Virus record (IMG/VR): IMGVR_UViG_3300028591_000084 | Reading direction: 5' to 3' (one strand) | Origin: a virus | Taxonomy: Duplodnaviria; Caudoviricetes | DNA length: 64,000 nucleotides | In this document: positions 18,921 to 28,284 of the stretch, piece by piece | How positions within the stretch are numbered: the stretch's first letter is position 1 | How the letters are laid out: every line of letters begins with the position of its first letter | Notes under the pieces: model-generated | Databases searched by the model: none | Told to the model about the DNA's origin: nothing | What the model saw: only the letters and a program-made list of their open reading frames with translations | Position numbers and translations under genes: made by a program

Positions 18921-19647
18921 AGGGATGAAAGCTTATTGTTTTAAGCTGACAGATCCTGAGAGTACAAGAATAGAACTTGAATTTAATATATTAGATACTC
19001 CATACTTCTGTCTTAAAACTGAGAGCCTAACCGATATTAGAGAGCAAGTTTGTAAAAAGAATTATTGGTCTTGGGATGCAGATTGGATAGCTTGTGATAA
19101 TGATACCTCTTCATTTCCGATGCCGAGAGTTGATTCTCTAGGATTCGGATCAGATAAAAAGAATTTGGAAGAAGCATTATCAGACTATGAACCAGTAGTA
19201 GGATATTATTACTGCTGTGTTCCAATAGACTCAATAGAAAATAAAATAATTGAGGATAAATTTAGCATTCTCAATATTTTTGATTCTTTAACACCAGGAG
19301 ATTATATAGTCTATAATACAATAGGTGCAGAAAAGAATTCTCTAACGATGCTTTATGGTGGTAAAGGAGACTTTATAGCTCTTTATAGTGAAGCCTTTAG
19401 GAAAGTAGCTTCACCGTCAGCAGACCCATTAAAAAGTGGTTTTATAGGGTCTCTAGACTTAGTACCTGGGGATTGGTTGATAATGCTAAGCTCCTTAGAT
19501 TTGAAGACTAGAAGAAGAGCATCACTTCAGGAGATTATGATTATGAATCGTGAAATAGAAAGGGTCGGTTATCGACTCAGTAGGAATTCTAAAACTATAA
19601 AAATAGTAAAGGATGAGCAACCTGAGCGTAATTTTAAATCGCAGTGA
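18898..19647 (+). CDS. hypothetical protein
   Basis: 249 aa ORF. Confidence 0.65.
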   Translation: MHQLKSHKGMKAYCFKLTDPESTRIELEFNILDTPYFCLKTESLTDIREQVCKKNYWSWDADWIACDNDTSSFPMPRVDSLGFGSDKKNLEEALSDYEPVVGYYYCCVPIDSIENKIIEDKFSILNIFDSLTPGDYIVYNTIGAEKNSLTMLYGGKGDFIALYSEAFRKVASPSADPLKSGFIGSLDLVPGDWLIMLSSLDLKTRRRASLQEIMIMNREIERVGYRLSRNSKTIKIVKDEQPERNFKSQ

Positions 19648-20083
19648 TGTCCCAAAATCACATCAAGCGGAATATTTTGATTGGGACGGTATAATATCAG
19701 GAGAAGATACTTTTTGTACCAGAGATGAAATGATAATAATCATTGAAGTCGGCCTAAAAGAGAAGTTAAGGGATAATCCTCTTCTCGGTCAATCATGGGA
19801 TTTCAGTGCTCAACTTAGGGGAAGCACTAAGGAATGGTTGAATAAAGAATGGCTTGATCTAACTCACCGCAACAAAACTATCTTCAAAAAGCTCTTAGGT
19901 CTGGCCTACATAACAAGTAAGCCCAGAGAATATTTTAAGAGCGATGGGGAATATGAAGAGTATATTTCCTATCTGAAGTCCAAAGCCGTTTTGAGGTGTG
20001 AAGGAACAAAAGATTTTCTAATGACTTATAAAAATTTAATATTCAATAAAGAAGAGCTGAAAAAATTGCAGCAATTCTTCTAA
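19613..20083 (+). CDS. hypothetical protein
   Basis: 156 aa ORF. Confidence 0.65.
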   Translation: MSNLSVILNRSDVPKSHQAEYFDWDGIISGEDTFCTRDEMIIIIEVGLKEKLRDNPLLGQSWDFSAQLRGSTKEWLNKEWLDLTHRNKTIFKKLLGLAYITSKPREYFKSDGEYEEYISYLKSKAVLRCEGTKDFLMTYKNLIFNKEELKKLQQFF

Positions 20084-20155
20084 GGTAGTACTTGTTACAG
20101 TACTACTTTTTGTTTTATCTCCTCAAATCCTTACAGTTGATTAAGTATTTAAATT

Positions 20156-21172
20156 ATGGAACTATTAAAGAAACTTATTGAAACCCCGAGCCCAACAGGT
20201 AGAGAGGGCGCGATTGCAAATTTATTTATTAAAGAATTACCAGAGGGAACTGGTACAATTGATGCAATGAATAATGCCTACTATTTACAAGGCTCAAGTA
20301 ATTTACTTCTATCAGCTCACCATGATGAAATAGCTTTTGCTGTTTCCTATATTGAAGAATCTGGCCTGATTCGTATAATGAGGACGAGCGGTGAGGATCC
20401 TAGAGTATTACCTGGATTAAGATTGGAGGTTATAACAGATAGCGGTGACCTAGTAAAAGGTATTATCTGTATGAGACCTATTCACGTAGTTGAAACTAAA
20501 GACCGTGATACCTTACCTAAGCTTGAAACACTAGCTCTTGAGGTTGGAGCCACAAGTAGAGAGAATGTCGAGAAGATGGGAATTCATATTGGTTCCCCAG
20601 TTATCTTTGAGAGATCCTTCCTAATACTCGGGGATTTGATTATTGCCCCTGGCCTTGATGATAAAATAGGTGTTTATATCGTCATGGAAGTCCTGAGACA
20701 GTGTAAGGAAATAAATCAAGTCGCTGGTTGTTTAATGGCAGCCGAAGAGACTGGTACTAGGGGAGCTAAGGTTGCAGCAAGAAAACTAAATCCTCTTCAT
20801 TCTCTGGACTTTGATGTGACTTTTACAACCGATGATGGTAGTGGCTTGTCCCCAGCTAGATTTGGTGGAGAGGTTAAATTAGGCGCGGGACCAATTATTG
20901 AATATGGTCCAGATAAGAATGCTAAGGGCTGTGACTTTTTGATTGATCTAGCAAAACAAAACGATATTCCTTATCAGATAGCCGTAAGTAGAGCTGGAGG
21001 AACAAATACTGCTAGAATTCAAGAGTTTTCAAATAATGGTTGTTTGTGTAACCTCTTATCTATTCCTTGTCGAAACCTTCACCAGCCGAATGAGATTGTT
21101 AGTAAAAAGGATGTTGAGGCTGCAATCAAACTAAGCGTTTTATGGACAAAGGCCCTTGGGACGAAAGATTGA
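20156..21172 (+). CDS. M42 family aminopeptidase
   Basis: SPTGRE, SAHHDEI, LDDKIG, AEETGTRGA, DFDVT, GGTN, LHQPNE. Confidence 0.9.
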   Translation: MELLKKLIETPSPTGREGAIANLFIKELPEGTGTIDAMNNAYYLQGSSNLLLSAHHDEIAFAVSYIEESGLIRIMRTSGEDPRVLPGLRLEVITDSGDLVKGIICMRPIHVVETKDRDTLPKLETLALEVGATSRENVEKMGIHIGSPVIFERSFLILGDLIIAPGLDDKIGVYIVMEVLRQCKEINQVAGCLMAAEETGTRGAKVAARKLNPLHSLDFDVTFTTDDGSGLSPARFGGEVKLGAGPIIEYGPDKNAKGCDFLIDLAKQNDIPYQIAVSRAGGTNTARIQEFSNNGCLCNLLSIPCRNLHQPNEIVSKKDVEAAIKLSVLWTKALGTKD

Positions 21173-21480
21173 TGAAGAGTAGAATAATAGAGTTTTGTAT
21201 CTTCGCCATACTAGTTCTAGTTCTATATTGGACGATATATTCTTATATTCAAACCGTAGAAGCTAGAGATAGAATTTCAAAGAGTTTCTATGCATTTTCC
21301 CAGGAGTATGAAGACAGCTTACTATCAAGAGAAATGGAAGGCTATCGGAGAGGAAAAGCTGAAGTTCTTGATTCCCTAAGAGAAATGAAATTAAAATTAG
21401 AGGAAGAAAGAAAGCGTAGGAAATATTTTGAGCATCTTAAAACTGAGAGTGAAGATACTTTAAATATTGGAGGAGATTAA
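21142..21480 (+). CDS. membrane-anchored coiled-coil protein
   Basis: N-terminal TM helix. Confidence 0.6.
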   Translation: MDKGPWDERLMKSRIIEFCIFAILVLVLYWTIYSYIQTVEARDRISKSFYAFSQEYEDSLLSREMEGYRRGKAEVLDSLREMKLKLEEERKRRKYFEHLKTESEDTLNIGGD

Positions 21481-21501
21481 TTTCTCCTCTTTTCTTTATT
21501 A

Positions 21502-22668
21502 TTGATGATGAAAAAATACAAATTTACTAAATTTATTGAGTACGGTTATTTAGACCAACACACCGTAAGTTTCAAAATTCCAGGTATATCATATGTAGAA
21601 GAAATAGCCTGGACTGCTTCACTGGATCCTTCTCTACCTAATTTTAAAACCTTAGAGAATAATCCGACAAAGGGATTCAAAATTCGTCAAGAAGCATCGG
21701 GAACTATATTATTAGAGGATCCTAGAGGTATTGCGTTGAGTATTGATCCTGGTTATGCAAGTCAGTTACTTTTATCATATGGTTCTAAACTGGGAGAGAT
21801 AGAATTTCAGTATTTGTTCAAAGAGGATCATCCAATTATTGTTCCAGCCGAATTTATAAATAACTATTCAGTGAAATCTTACAAAAGAATACCAGGATAT
21901 TGGTATAGATCTTTAATAAATAGAGATTCACTATACTGCATTAATATCGAGGTGATTTCACTAGGTCCAAACAAAAGGCAAATCTGTTATTTATTCTGGG
22001 ACAAAATGAGTGACGATTTTTTAATTTGTCCGGAAGAAGTAGTGAATATTTATGTTGATACTCTTGGAAGTGAATATATACCCGATTCATCTGAAGAAAA
22101 GTTAAGTAGAAGTGAATGTTCATGTCTTCAGGAAGAGTTAAGGCTAATAGCCCCTGTTTGTATGAACAACGTTATTGGAGACCTTAAATCTCTAAAGTCA
22201 GCTTATCAAAATGATGAAGGTAGTAATGTTTATCTCGACTATATTCCAGAAATTCTCTTAATGACAAAAGAGATTAACCGGGATTTTAGAAATCTCGAAT
22301 TACCGACTACATTTGCTGTCAGAGAAAGTGTCCAGCATTTTAGTATTGTCCAATATGATCCAGTGTCAAAAAGAGCCTGGAAGAGATATATGGTAAATTG
22401 TAAGAAAGGAAAAATTATATACACTACTTTAAACCCAAGTCAGGTCTCTATTGAGGATGTTTTAAAGGTTGGAGTACCTCTTTCGGTTGGAGATAATCAG
22501 ATAGCTACAATAGGGACAACAACACTAAATTCCTACTTCGTTACTCCTTGGTTATCAAATTACGATCTAACTAGTGCCCTTGTTTTAAAGCCAGAGGCAA
22601 TGAATAAGAAGGAACTCGAGCAGACCTTGAGAAGCGCCGATATTCATTATAATTATGCTAGACTTTAG
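21502..22668 (+). CDS. hypothetical protein
   Basis: 388 aa ORF. Confidence 0.7.
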   Translation: MMMKKYKFTKFIEYGYLDQHTVSFKIPGISYVEEIAWTASLDPSLPNFKTLENNPTKGFKIRQEASGTILLEDPRGIALSIDPGYASQLLLSYGSKLGEIEFQYLFKEDHPIIVPAEFINNYSVKSYKRIPGYWYRSLINRDSLYCINIEVISLGPNKRQICYLFWDKMSDDFLICPEEVVNIYVDTLGSEYIPDSSEEKLSRSECSCLQEELRLIAPVCMNNVIGDLKSLKSAYQNDEGSNVYLDYIPEILLMTKEINRDFRNLELPTTFAVRESVQHFSIVQYDPVSKRAWKRYMVNCKKGKIIYTTLNPSQVSIEDVLKVGVPLSVGDNQIATIGTTTLNSYFVTPWLSNYDLTSALVLKPEAMNKKELEQTLRSADIHYNYARL

Positions 22669-23449
22669 GGGAGATAGAGGTAAATGTAATAAATATTATA
22701 AGAACTTTTCTAAGCGACGTAAATGGATCAATGAGAAATATGGTGGTACAAAAATAGGACATAGGAAATTACTAAGAGCTTTAAATTCCTATGAAGATTG
22801 CCACTATCGTCCTTATATTAATATGCGGAAGATAGAGAAATTCCTATTAAAGAGAGTAGGGCATCCAATTGAAGAGGTAGCTGAAGATTTTGTTAAGAGG
22901 ATGAAATTAGAAAAATGCTTACTTGTATCAAATCCTATAAGATACTTCTATTCAAATTGCTTATTTGTACTACCACCTAGTGGGTATATATCTCTAAATT
23001 ACTTCTATATTAGTAAACCACGTAGTAGGAAAGGTCAAGTAATAGCACGAAGGATCAGATATAATAAATTTTGGATCAATCCAGAAACTATGACTCTAGA
23101 GTTTGGAGAAAATCCGAATTATATTAGTAGAAGTTCGGAACTAAACTATGATGTCAGAAAAGCCCCAAAAAGAATAGTAGAGTATAATGATAAACCAATA
23201 CATAGGGGTAAAGAGAATGGATTCTTTACTTCTATTGGTAGGTTCTATTATTTTCTTTTGGGGTTTGATTCTAAGATCTTAGGCCCAGATGATATTTATG
23301 CCATTAATACTAGGGCTTTTAATGATCCGGACGATAAACTGTACTATTTTATAAAACGGCATAATTTGAAGAGGGTAATTTTAGCAGGAGGACAAAAATA
23401 CTTAGATAATGGAGACATGTGTTTTGTTATTCCTTTCAAATCCCCCTAA
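22655..23449 (+). CDS. hypothetical basic protein
   Basis: 264 aa ORF. Confidence 0.65.
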   Translation: MLDFRGDRGKCNKYYKNFSKRRKWINEKYGGTKIGHRKLLRALNSYEDCHYRPYINMRKIEKFLLKRVGHPIEEVAEDFVKRMKLEKCLLVSNPIRYFYSNCLFVLPPSGYISLNYFYISKPRSRKGQVIARRIRYNKFWINPETMTLEFGENPNYISRSSELNYDVRKAPKRIVEYNDKPIHRGKENGFFTSIGRFYYFLLGFDSKILGPDDIYAINTRAFNDPDDKLYYFIKRHNLKRVILAGGQKYLDNGDMCFVIPFKSP

Positions 23450-23469
23450 ATCCTTATCGTTGTAAAGAT

Positions 23470-23938
23470 AGACTAGTAGCTCAGCCGGACAGAGCAACAG
23501 CCTTCAGCTCAAAGTAGGGCTAGCTTTATTTCCTAAATATATGATAAATTGGGAAAAGAGAAGGCCGACTTCGAGAAACTGATTCTTGAGGAAGGTAAGT
23601 CCTATGAGCCTATCTATAGGAAAAATATATAACTGTTCTGAATCTATAAGATTAGGAATGGCGATAGATATTACTATAGATATAGGAGCGTACTCAGGAA
23701 ACTGATGATACTGAAGATCCCCTAAACGACGAAAGCTAAGTCAGAGATGATATGCCAACGACGTGCCAAGCTTGAAAAAGAAAGTGCATAGAGACTATAC
23801 AGGGATCACCTACGTCAAAAAATTGATATGGTTATGAAATAGTCCAGACCACAAACAAATGTCTGTTGATATTTGGCAGTGAAAACTGTAGTTGGTAAGC
23901 TAAGCTGTGGGTCATGGGTTCGAATCCCATCTAGTCTA
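23470..23938 (+). tRNA. tRNA-Arg(TCT) split by a group I intron (exons 23470-23504 and 23900-23938); CCA not encoded
   Basis: Acceptor AGACTAG/CTAGTCT, D arm GCTC/GAGC with A20, anticodon stem ACAGC/GCTGT, joined loop CTTCTAA, T arm ATGGG-TTCGAAT-CCCAT. Confidence 0.85.
23505..23899 (+). mobile_element. group I intron in the tRNA anticodon loop, with decayed ORF
   Basis: P3 GATCCC/GGGATC, P7 AGAGACTA...AAATAGTCC, IGS AGGGCT, terminal G. Confidence 0.85.
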
Positions 23939-24005
23939 CACGATTAGAGATTAGAGATGAATAATCTCTTTTCTTTTTTTGTCCCTTTAATTCTTTATTA
24001 TTGAT

Positions 24006-24611
24006 ATGGGAACAAATTATTATGCGAGGATTATACCTACGCGAGAAAAGAAGAATAAACTAATAGAGCTTATTGAAAATGATGAATTTAATGCAATCAA
24101 AGACACTGTTGACCTTTATTACCGCTCTCCCAACTCTTATAATTGGAGGGGTGGAGAGATACATTTGGGGAAGCAGTCAGGCGGTTGGAAATTTCTTTGG
24201 AATCCGAATTGGTGGAAAGTAAATGAAGGATCCTATGACTCTAAAATACATAAGTATATTGATAAATGGGTTGTTCGAAAATATTATGATTTAAATAAAA
24301 ATTCAATTCTAAGATTCCTCCAACGCCCAGACATTAGACTCTTTGATGAGTACGGTGATGAGGTTAACAATAAAAAAGAGTGGTTTGACGATATAATCAA
24401 AAGAGATTCTGGAACTTGGTGCGGAAAACCACTATTAGACAATAAGCTCTATTTTGAAACTACTGAAGGGGGTAAAGATGAATGGAGGAGAAGTATATTC
24501 CGGGTACGAAGTGAAGAGAAACAGTTCTGGGAAGATCAAGGCTTTGATGCTGAATACTTAGATTTCTACTCTGATGGCCTTAGATTCAGTAGTTCGTGCG
24601 AGTTTTCATAA
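24006..24611 (+). CDS. hypothetical phage protein
   Basis: MGTNYY...IHLGKQSGGWKF motif; 201 aa. Confidence 0.7.
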   Translation: MGTNYYARIIPTREKKNKLIELIENDEFNAIKDTVDLYYRSPNSYNWRGGEIHLGKQSGGWKFLWNPNWWKVNEGSYDSKIHKYIDKWVVRKYYDLNKNSILRFLQRPDIRLFDEYGDEVNNKKEWFDDIIKRDSGTWCGKPLLDNKLYFETTEGGKDEWRRSIFRVRSEEKQFWEDQGFDAEYLDFYSDGLRFSSSCEFS

Positions 24612-24653
24612 TACAGGGGGAAGTAATACCCCCTTTTCCTTATTTTTGAAACA

Positions 24654-25181
24654 ATGGAACCATTTTTTATATGTGAATTAAGTAAAGAAGATATTGCATT
24701 TTTAAAAGCAGTACAAGATAAAGATTATTATAATTTATTTAAACTAAGAAGACAACAGCCTACTGCACTGATCTATGGTTTTATTGGCCAACTCTTGACA
24801 AAAGCTGATTTCATTAATACTATTGGAGTAATTATTTTTGCACAGATCAATATTACCTACTTAAAGAACTTAGCTTTTGATTCTCATGATTCTGATAGTC
24901 AGTGTATAGCTCTTGCCGTCCTGAAACTGATGGGGATAACAATTAGTGAATCTGGCATGACTTATGGGACATACGGTTCTCAGGATTTTATAGACTCCAC
25001 AGAAGAATGGATTAAGTTTTTAGATAGAAAAACGGATGATGTTAAGGAAGCGATTAAGAACTGTTATATTATAAGAATCAACGTTAATAGTACTCTTCGT
25101 TCTCTTTATAAAAATACTAAAGATTTCTTTTTTAATGAGGATAATAGTTGTAAGAAAAATAAGTTTATAATCCTAGAATGA
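24654..25181 (+). CDS. hypothetical protein
   Basis: 175 aa ORF. Confidence 0.65.
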   Translation: MEPFFICELSKEDIAFLKAVQDKDYYNLFKLRRQQPTALIYGFIGQLLTKADFINTIGVIIFAQINITYLKNLAFDSHDSDSQCIALAVLKLMGITISESGMTYGTYGSQDFIDSTEEWIKFLDRKTDDVKEAIKNCYIIRINVNSTLRSLYKNTKDFFFNEDNSCKKNKFIILE

Positions 25182-25540
25182 ACACTTATATTATATCTTA
25201 TAAAGTCCTATTGAAAGCTGAAAATATTATTTACCCAATACCAATAGATAATTTAGATCTTTGGAAACCAGAAAGAATAAATTGGGATTGGATCAAAACA
25301 AAAGGAAGATTATATTGGATGGCTATACTTGATATCCTAAAACTTCCTTATACCCAAGTATCAGTGAGTGGTGAAATACCGGCTGAAAAAAGATGGGAAG
25401 AATTCATCAAAGAAAATACATCTCGTCTTCAATCAAAAATTCAAGGTAAATACTTTATAGAGATTGATGATAAATTTTCAAAGAAAGATATGGTTAATGA
25501 TTTATTAAAGAAAAATAACTCTTGGCATGAGGAACTCTAA
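25178..25540 (+). CDS. hypothetical protein
   Basis: ATGA-coupled ORF. Confidence 0.6.
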   Translation: MNTYIISYKVLLKAENIIYPIPIDNLDLWKPERINWDWIKTKGRLYWMAILDILKLPYTQVSVSGEIPAEKRWEEFIKENTSRLQSKIQGKYFIEIDDKFSKKDMVNDLLKKNNSWHEEL

Positions 25541-25913
25541 ATGTTATGTTTATATTCTAAGAAGAAAAACTAAGTCTATCTACTTAACACTTAGTGATTT
25601 TAATGAAATAAGAGACTGGTTTTTAGACAGAATTTCTGAAGCTCAAATCAAAAATACTAAGGTTTTTGTAGTAGATAACCCTGAGATTTTTAGTTTATCA
25701 ACAACTATACCTCTCCAAACCAATGATATCATAATAGCCATTGATAATGCAGACAATGTTTATAAGTTCTTAGAACAAGTTTTAAGTACATTTATTACTT
25801 CCGGGGTCTATTCATTTTGTTATAATAATGAAGAAGTGATAATAGGTCCAGTATCTTGTGAATTAGATCTAAAAACAGGAGAAAATGAAAACATGTTGGA
25901 CGACCTCTTCTAA
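25527..25913 (+). CDS. hypothetical protein
   Basis: Overlapping ORF. Confidence 0.6.
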   Translation: MRNSKCYVYILRRKTKSIYLTLSDFNEIRDWFLDRISEAQIKNTKVFVVDNPEIFSLSTTIPLQTNDIIIAIDNADNVYKFLEQVLSTFITSGVYSFCYNNEEVIIGPVSCELDLKTGENENMLDDLF

Positions 25914-26949
25914 GCTAGGTATTAAGGTAAGAAGAAATCCAGATTATAATTATGAATCAATCTGGTTTAATCTCAAAACATACAGACTAGGGGAAGGAGA
26001 GAGTAAAGAATTACCACCAACAAAGGCAGAATTTTATGATGTGGCCTTAGGAACGAAGTGTAATGCTAATTGCCCAGATTGTTATGCCTCAGCTAGCCAG
26101 TCTGGTGAGCTATTTGAAAATATTTGTGAAACCTGGTTAAGGTTTATTAGTACTATGGCGCCAGATATTGAATTAAATCCAAAAGATGATCCTGTTCTGA
26201 AAGAAATCTTATTGGATCCTATTGATATTAGTGCCCCATACGATGTTTTAAGCCTTCAAGTTGGTGCTAGAGAGAATTATACACTCTATCACAAAATTAT
26301 ATTAACTGAGAAACCGACGCAAATAGCTATAGGATCAACAGGAGAGCCAACAATACATCCAGATTTCATCAAGTTTCTTCAGACCGTTTTTGAAACAGAA
26401 GTAGTTCCTAATTATACAACAAATGGTATAATTCTGGGAGGTAAAGAAGAACCTACTGATCTTTTGGATGCTACTGAAAAATGGGTTGGCGGAGTTGCTG
26501 TATCTTTTGGTAATAGGGCCCTTAGAAACTATGCTGTTAAGGCTATAGATAGGTTACAAGGAGTTACGAAAGTCGTTATTCACCATATCATTAAAGATAA
26601 GAATAGTGTTGATGAGGTATTCAAATATGCCGAGGATTATGGAGATAAGATTCACTATCATGTCCTCCTACCTTTGATGGCACACGGGAGATCTAAAGAA
26701 GGTATGAAGGATGATGGAACTTATCAATACCTGGCGGAGAGGGTTGAAAAAACTGGTATAAAGAATTTAGCTTTTGGGGCTAATTTTACTCCCTGGATGA
26801 AGAAATATCCAAACTTATTACCAGTATATGACTATCCGCAAGAAACCTATAGTAAAAATATTCTCTTAAAACCAGAGGGAATAGTAATAACAAAATCATC
26901 ATTTAATTTAGAAACTGTATATGCTGAAGTTAAAAAAGATAACGATTGA
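25885..26949 (+). CDS. radical SAM protein
   Basis: CNANCPDCY (CxxxCxxC), GEPTIHPDF, NYTTNG. Confidence 0.88.
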   Translation: MKTCWTTSSKLGIKVRRNPDYNYESIWFNLKTYRLGEGESKELPPTKAEFYDVALGTKCNANCPDCYASASQSGELFENICETWLRFISTMAPDIELNPKDDPVLKEILLDPIDISAPYDVLSLQVGARENYTLYHKIILTEKPTQIAIGSTGEPTIHPDFIKFLQTVFETEVVPNYTTNGIILGGKEEPTDLLDATEKWVGGVAVSFGNRALRNYAVKAIDRLQGVTKVVIHHIIKDKNSVDEVFKYAEDYGDKIHYHVLLPLMAHGRSKEGMKDDGTYQYLAERVEKTGIKNLAFGANFTPWMKKYPNLLPVYDYPQETYSKNILLKPEGIVITKSSFNLETVYAEVKKDND

Positions 26950-27688
26950 AAATTTTTTAGGAAGTGGTAAAGACTTGACTGTTGGGCTAAGCTGTTATAC
27001 TAATTATCTAGCTTATGAAGATCATTACCATAACGAAAGTAAGGTTGTAGCTGACGACTTATTGACAGCCTTAACGACAGAAAGTAATAAGGACCTGCCA
27101 AAGCTCAACTGTGGTTCGGCGATGATGATTGACTTTTCTATTGAAGGATCCTGGATATTATGGAAGGATGGACAGAACAAGAGAGCTGGATATGAAGCTG
27201 ATATCTTAAGAAAAAGTATTGTTTACTGGAATACGGAGGAATTACTTCAATTTAGTACTATTCCTGACTTAAGAGATAATTTAAAGAGTATAATAAAAAA
27301 TAAATATATTCCAAACAATAATGCAGCTATTAAAGAGGAAATTATTGAGGCTGTTAACTACTTCTTAGGATATAAAGAAGAAGAAGTGTTATTGATTCTA
27401 GAGAACGGACTCCGCTTAAGAGGCGGGAAATTGGTTGGTATTGATGCCTTGTCCACTGAGGTTGTGATAGGCCTTTCAATCATCTTAACTGTTCCGGCTT
27501 ATGGAGAATCGATAGTTATTATCTGGAATCCATCTTTTGGAATAACAGATAATGGATTGAGATCTAGAATAGTAACTTGCTTAGAGAGACTGAATTATGG
27601 TAACCAGAATATTGTTTTTACTAATGATAGAAAATTATATAAACACTGGGATGCCATAACAGAAAAAATAAAAATAGAGGACCTATAA
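26921..27688 (+). CDS. hypothetical protein, degenerate ABC/AAA ATPase-like N-terminus
   Basis: LKKITIENF start but no Walker A. Confidence 0.5.
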   Translation: MLKLKKITIENFLGSGKDLTVGLSCYTNYLAYEDHYHNESKVVADDLLTALTTESNKDLPKLNCGSAMMIDFSIEGSWILWKDGQNKRAGYEADILRKSIVYWNTEELLQFSTIPDLRDNLKSIIKNKYIPNNNAAIKEEIIEAVNYFLGYKEEEVLLILENGLRLRGGKLVGIDALSTEVVIGLSIILTVPAYGESIVIIWNPSFGITDNGLRSRIVTCLERLNYGNQNIVFTNDRKLYKHWDAITEKIKIEDL

Positions 27689-27708
27689 AAGTCCTCTTTA
27701 TTTTTTTT

Positions 27709-28284
27709 TTACAAAATATTCTTGCTATTAAAAATTGTCTTGATCTTATTAATAGCCTCAACAACATCCTCTTCATCTCCGACATAGTTTTTAAAGTTGG
27801 GGGAGACAAAGACATGAATAATATTATCATTCATAAACAATACCTTTACCCTGAACTTAGCCAACCAAGCATCAGGATCTGTCTCAAACTCTAGATCAAA
27901 CCAAGTAGTGACTGGTTTAATGTCGGGTGCATTTCTACTACTCTTAATAACAATCCAACCACCGCTACAATCTTTTGATGGTTTCTCGACTAATTTCAAA
28001 AAAGCCTTATCTTCAATAATTTTCAAGGCCTCCTTTGCACTATCATAGGTTTCGGTCAAAGTTGTTGAATCAACCGTATATGTAGTTGGTATCGTAGTAG
28101 ACCAGGTCGTTTTAATAAGATTATCAGCCCAGTTAGAATTTTCCCAGACAGTACTATTATCAATAATAGTAGCAGTGGAGATGTTATCTAAACCTGTCAC
28201 TGTTTCCCAATCGTTATTCCAGATTGATTTTGACCAAGAAGAAGCTGCTGAATCTGCTGTTGCTTTATTATTATCCATTATCAC
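27709..28284 (-). CDS. hypothetical protein with Trp/Thr-rich low-complexity N-terminus
   Basis: 191 aa ORF coupled to the upstream gene. Confidence 0.65.
   Translation of the reverse strand: MIMDNNKATADSAASSWSKSIWNNDWETVTGLDNISTATIIDNSTVWENSNWADNLIKTTWSTTIPTTYTVDSTTLTETYDSAKEALKIIEDKAFLKLVEKPSKDCSGGWIVIKSSRNAPDIKPVTTWFDLEFETDPDAWLAKFRVKVLFMNDNIIHVFVSPNFKNYVGDEEDVVEAINKIKTIFNSKNIL

Noticed and set aside
23695-23740. Second hammerhead at CTGATGA (23702)
   Set aside because: Flanking stems do not form; the sequence is part of the tRNA intron.
23496-23908. Amber suppressor (CUA) or Ser(GCU) tRNA by alternative splice register
   Set aside because: CUA would give a 6-nt loop and GCU needs a non-G intron end; the body has Arg determinants and no long variable arm; TAG acts as a normal stop in this window.
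26921-27688. Active ABC/AAA ATPase
   Set aside because: No Walker A or Walker B motif.
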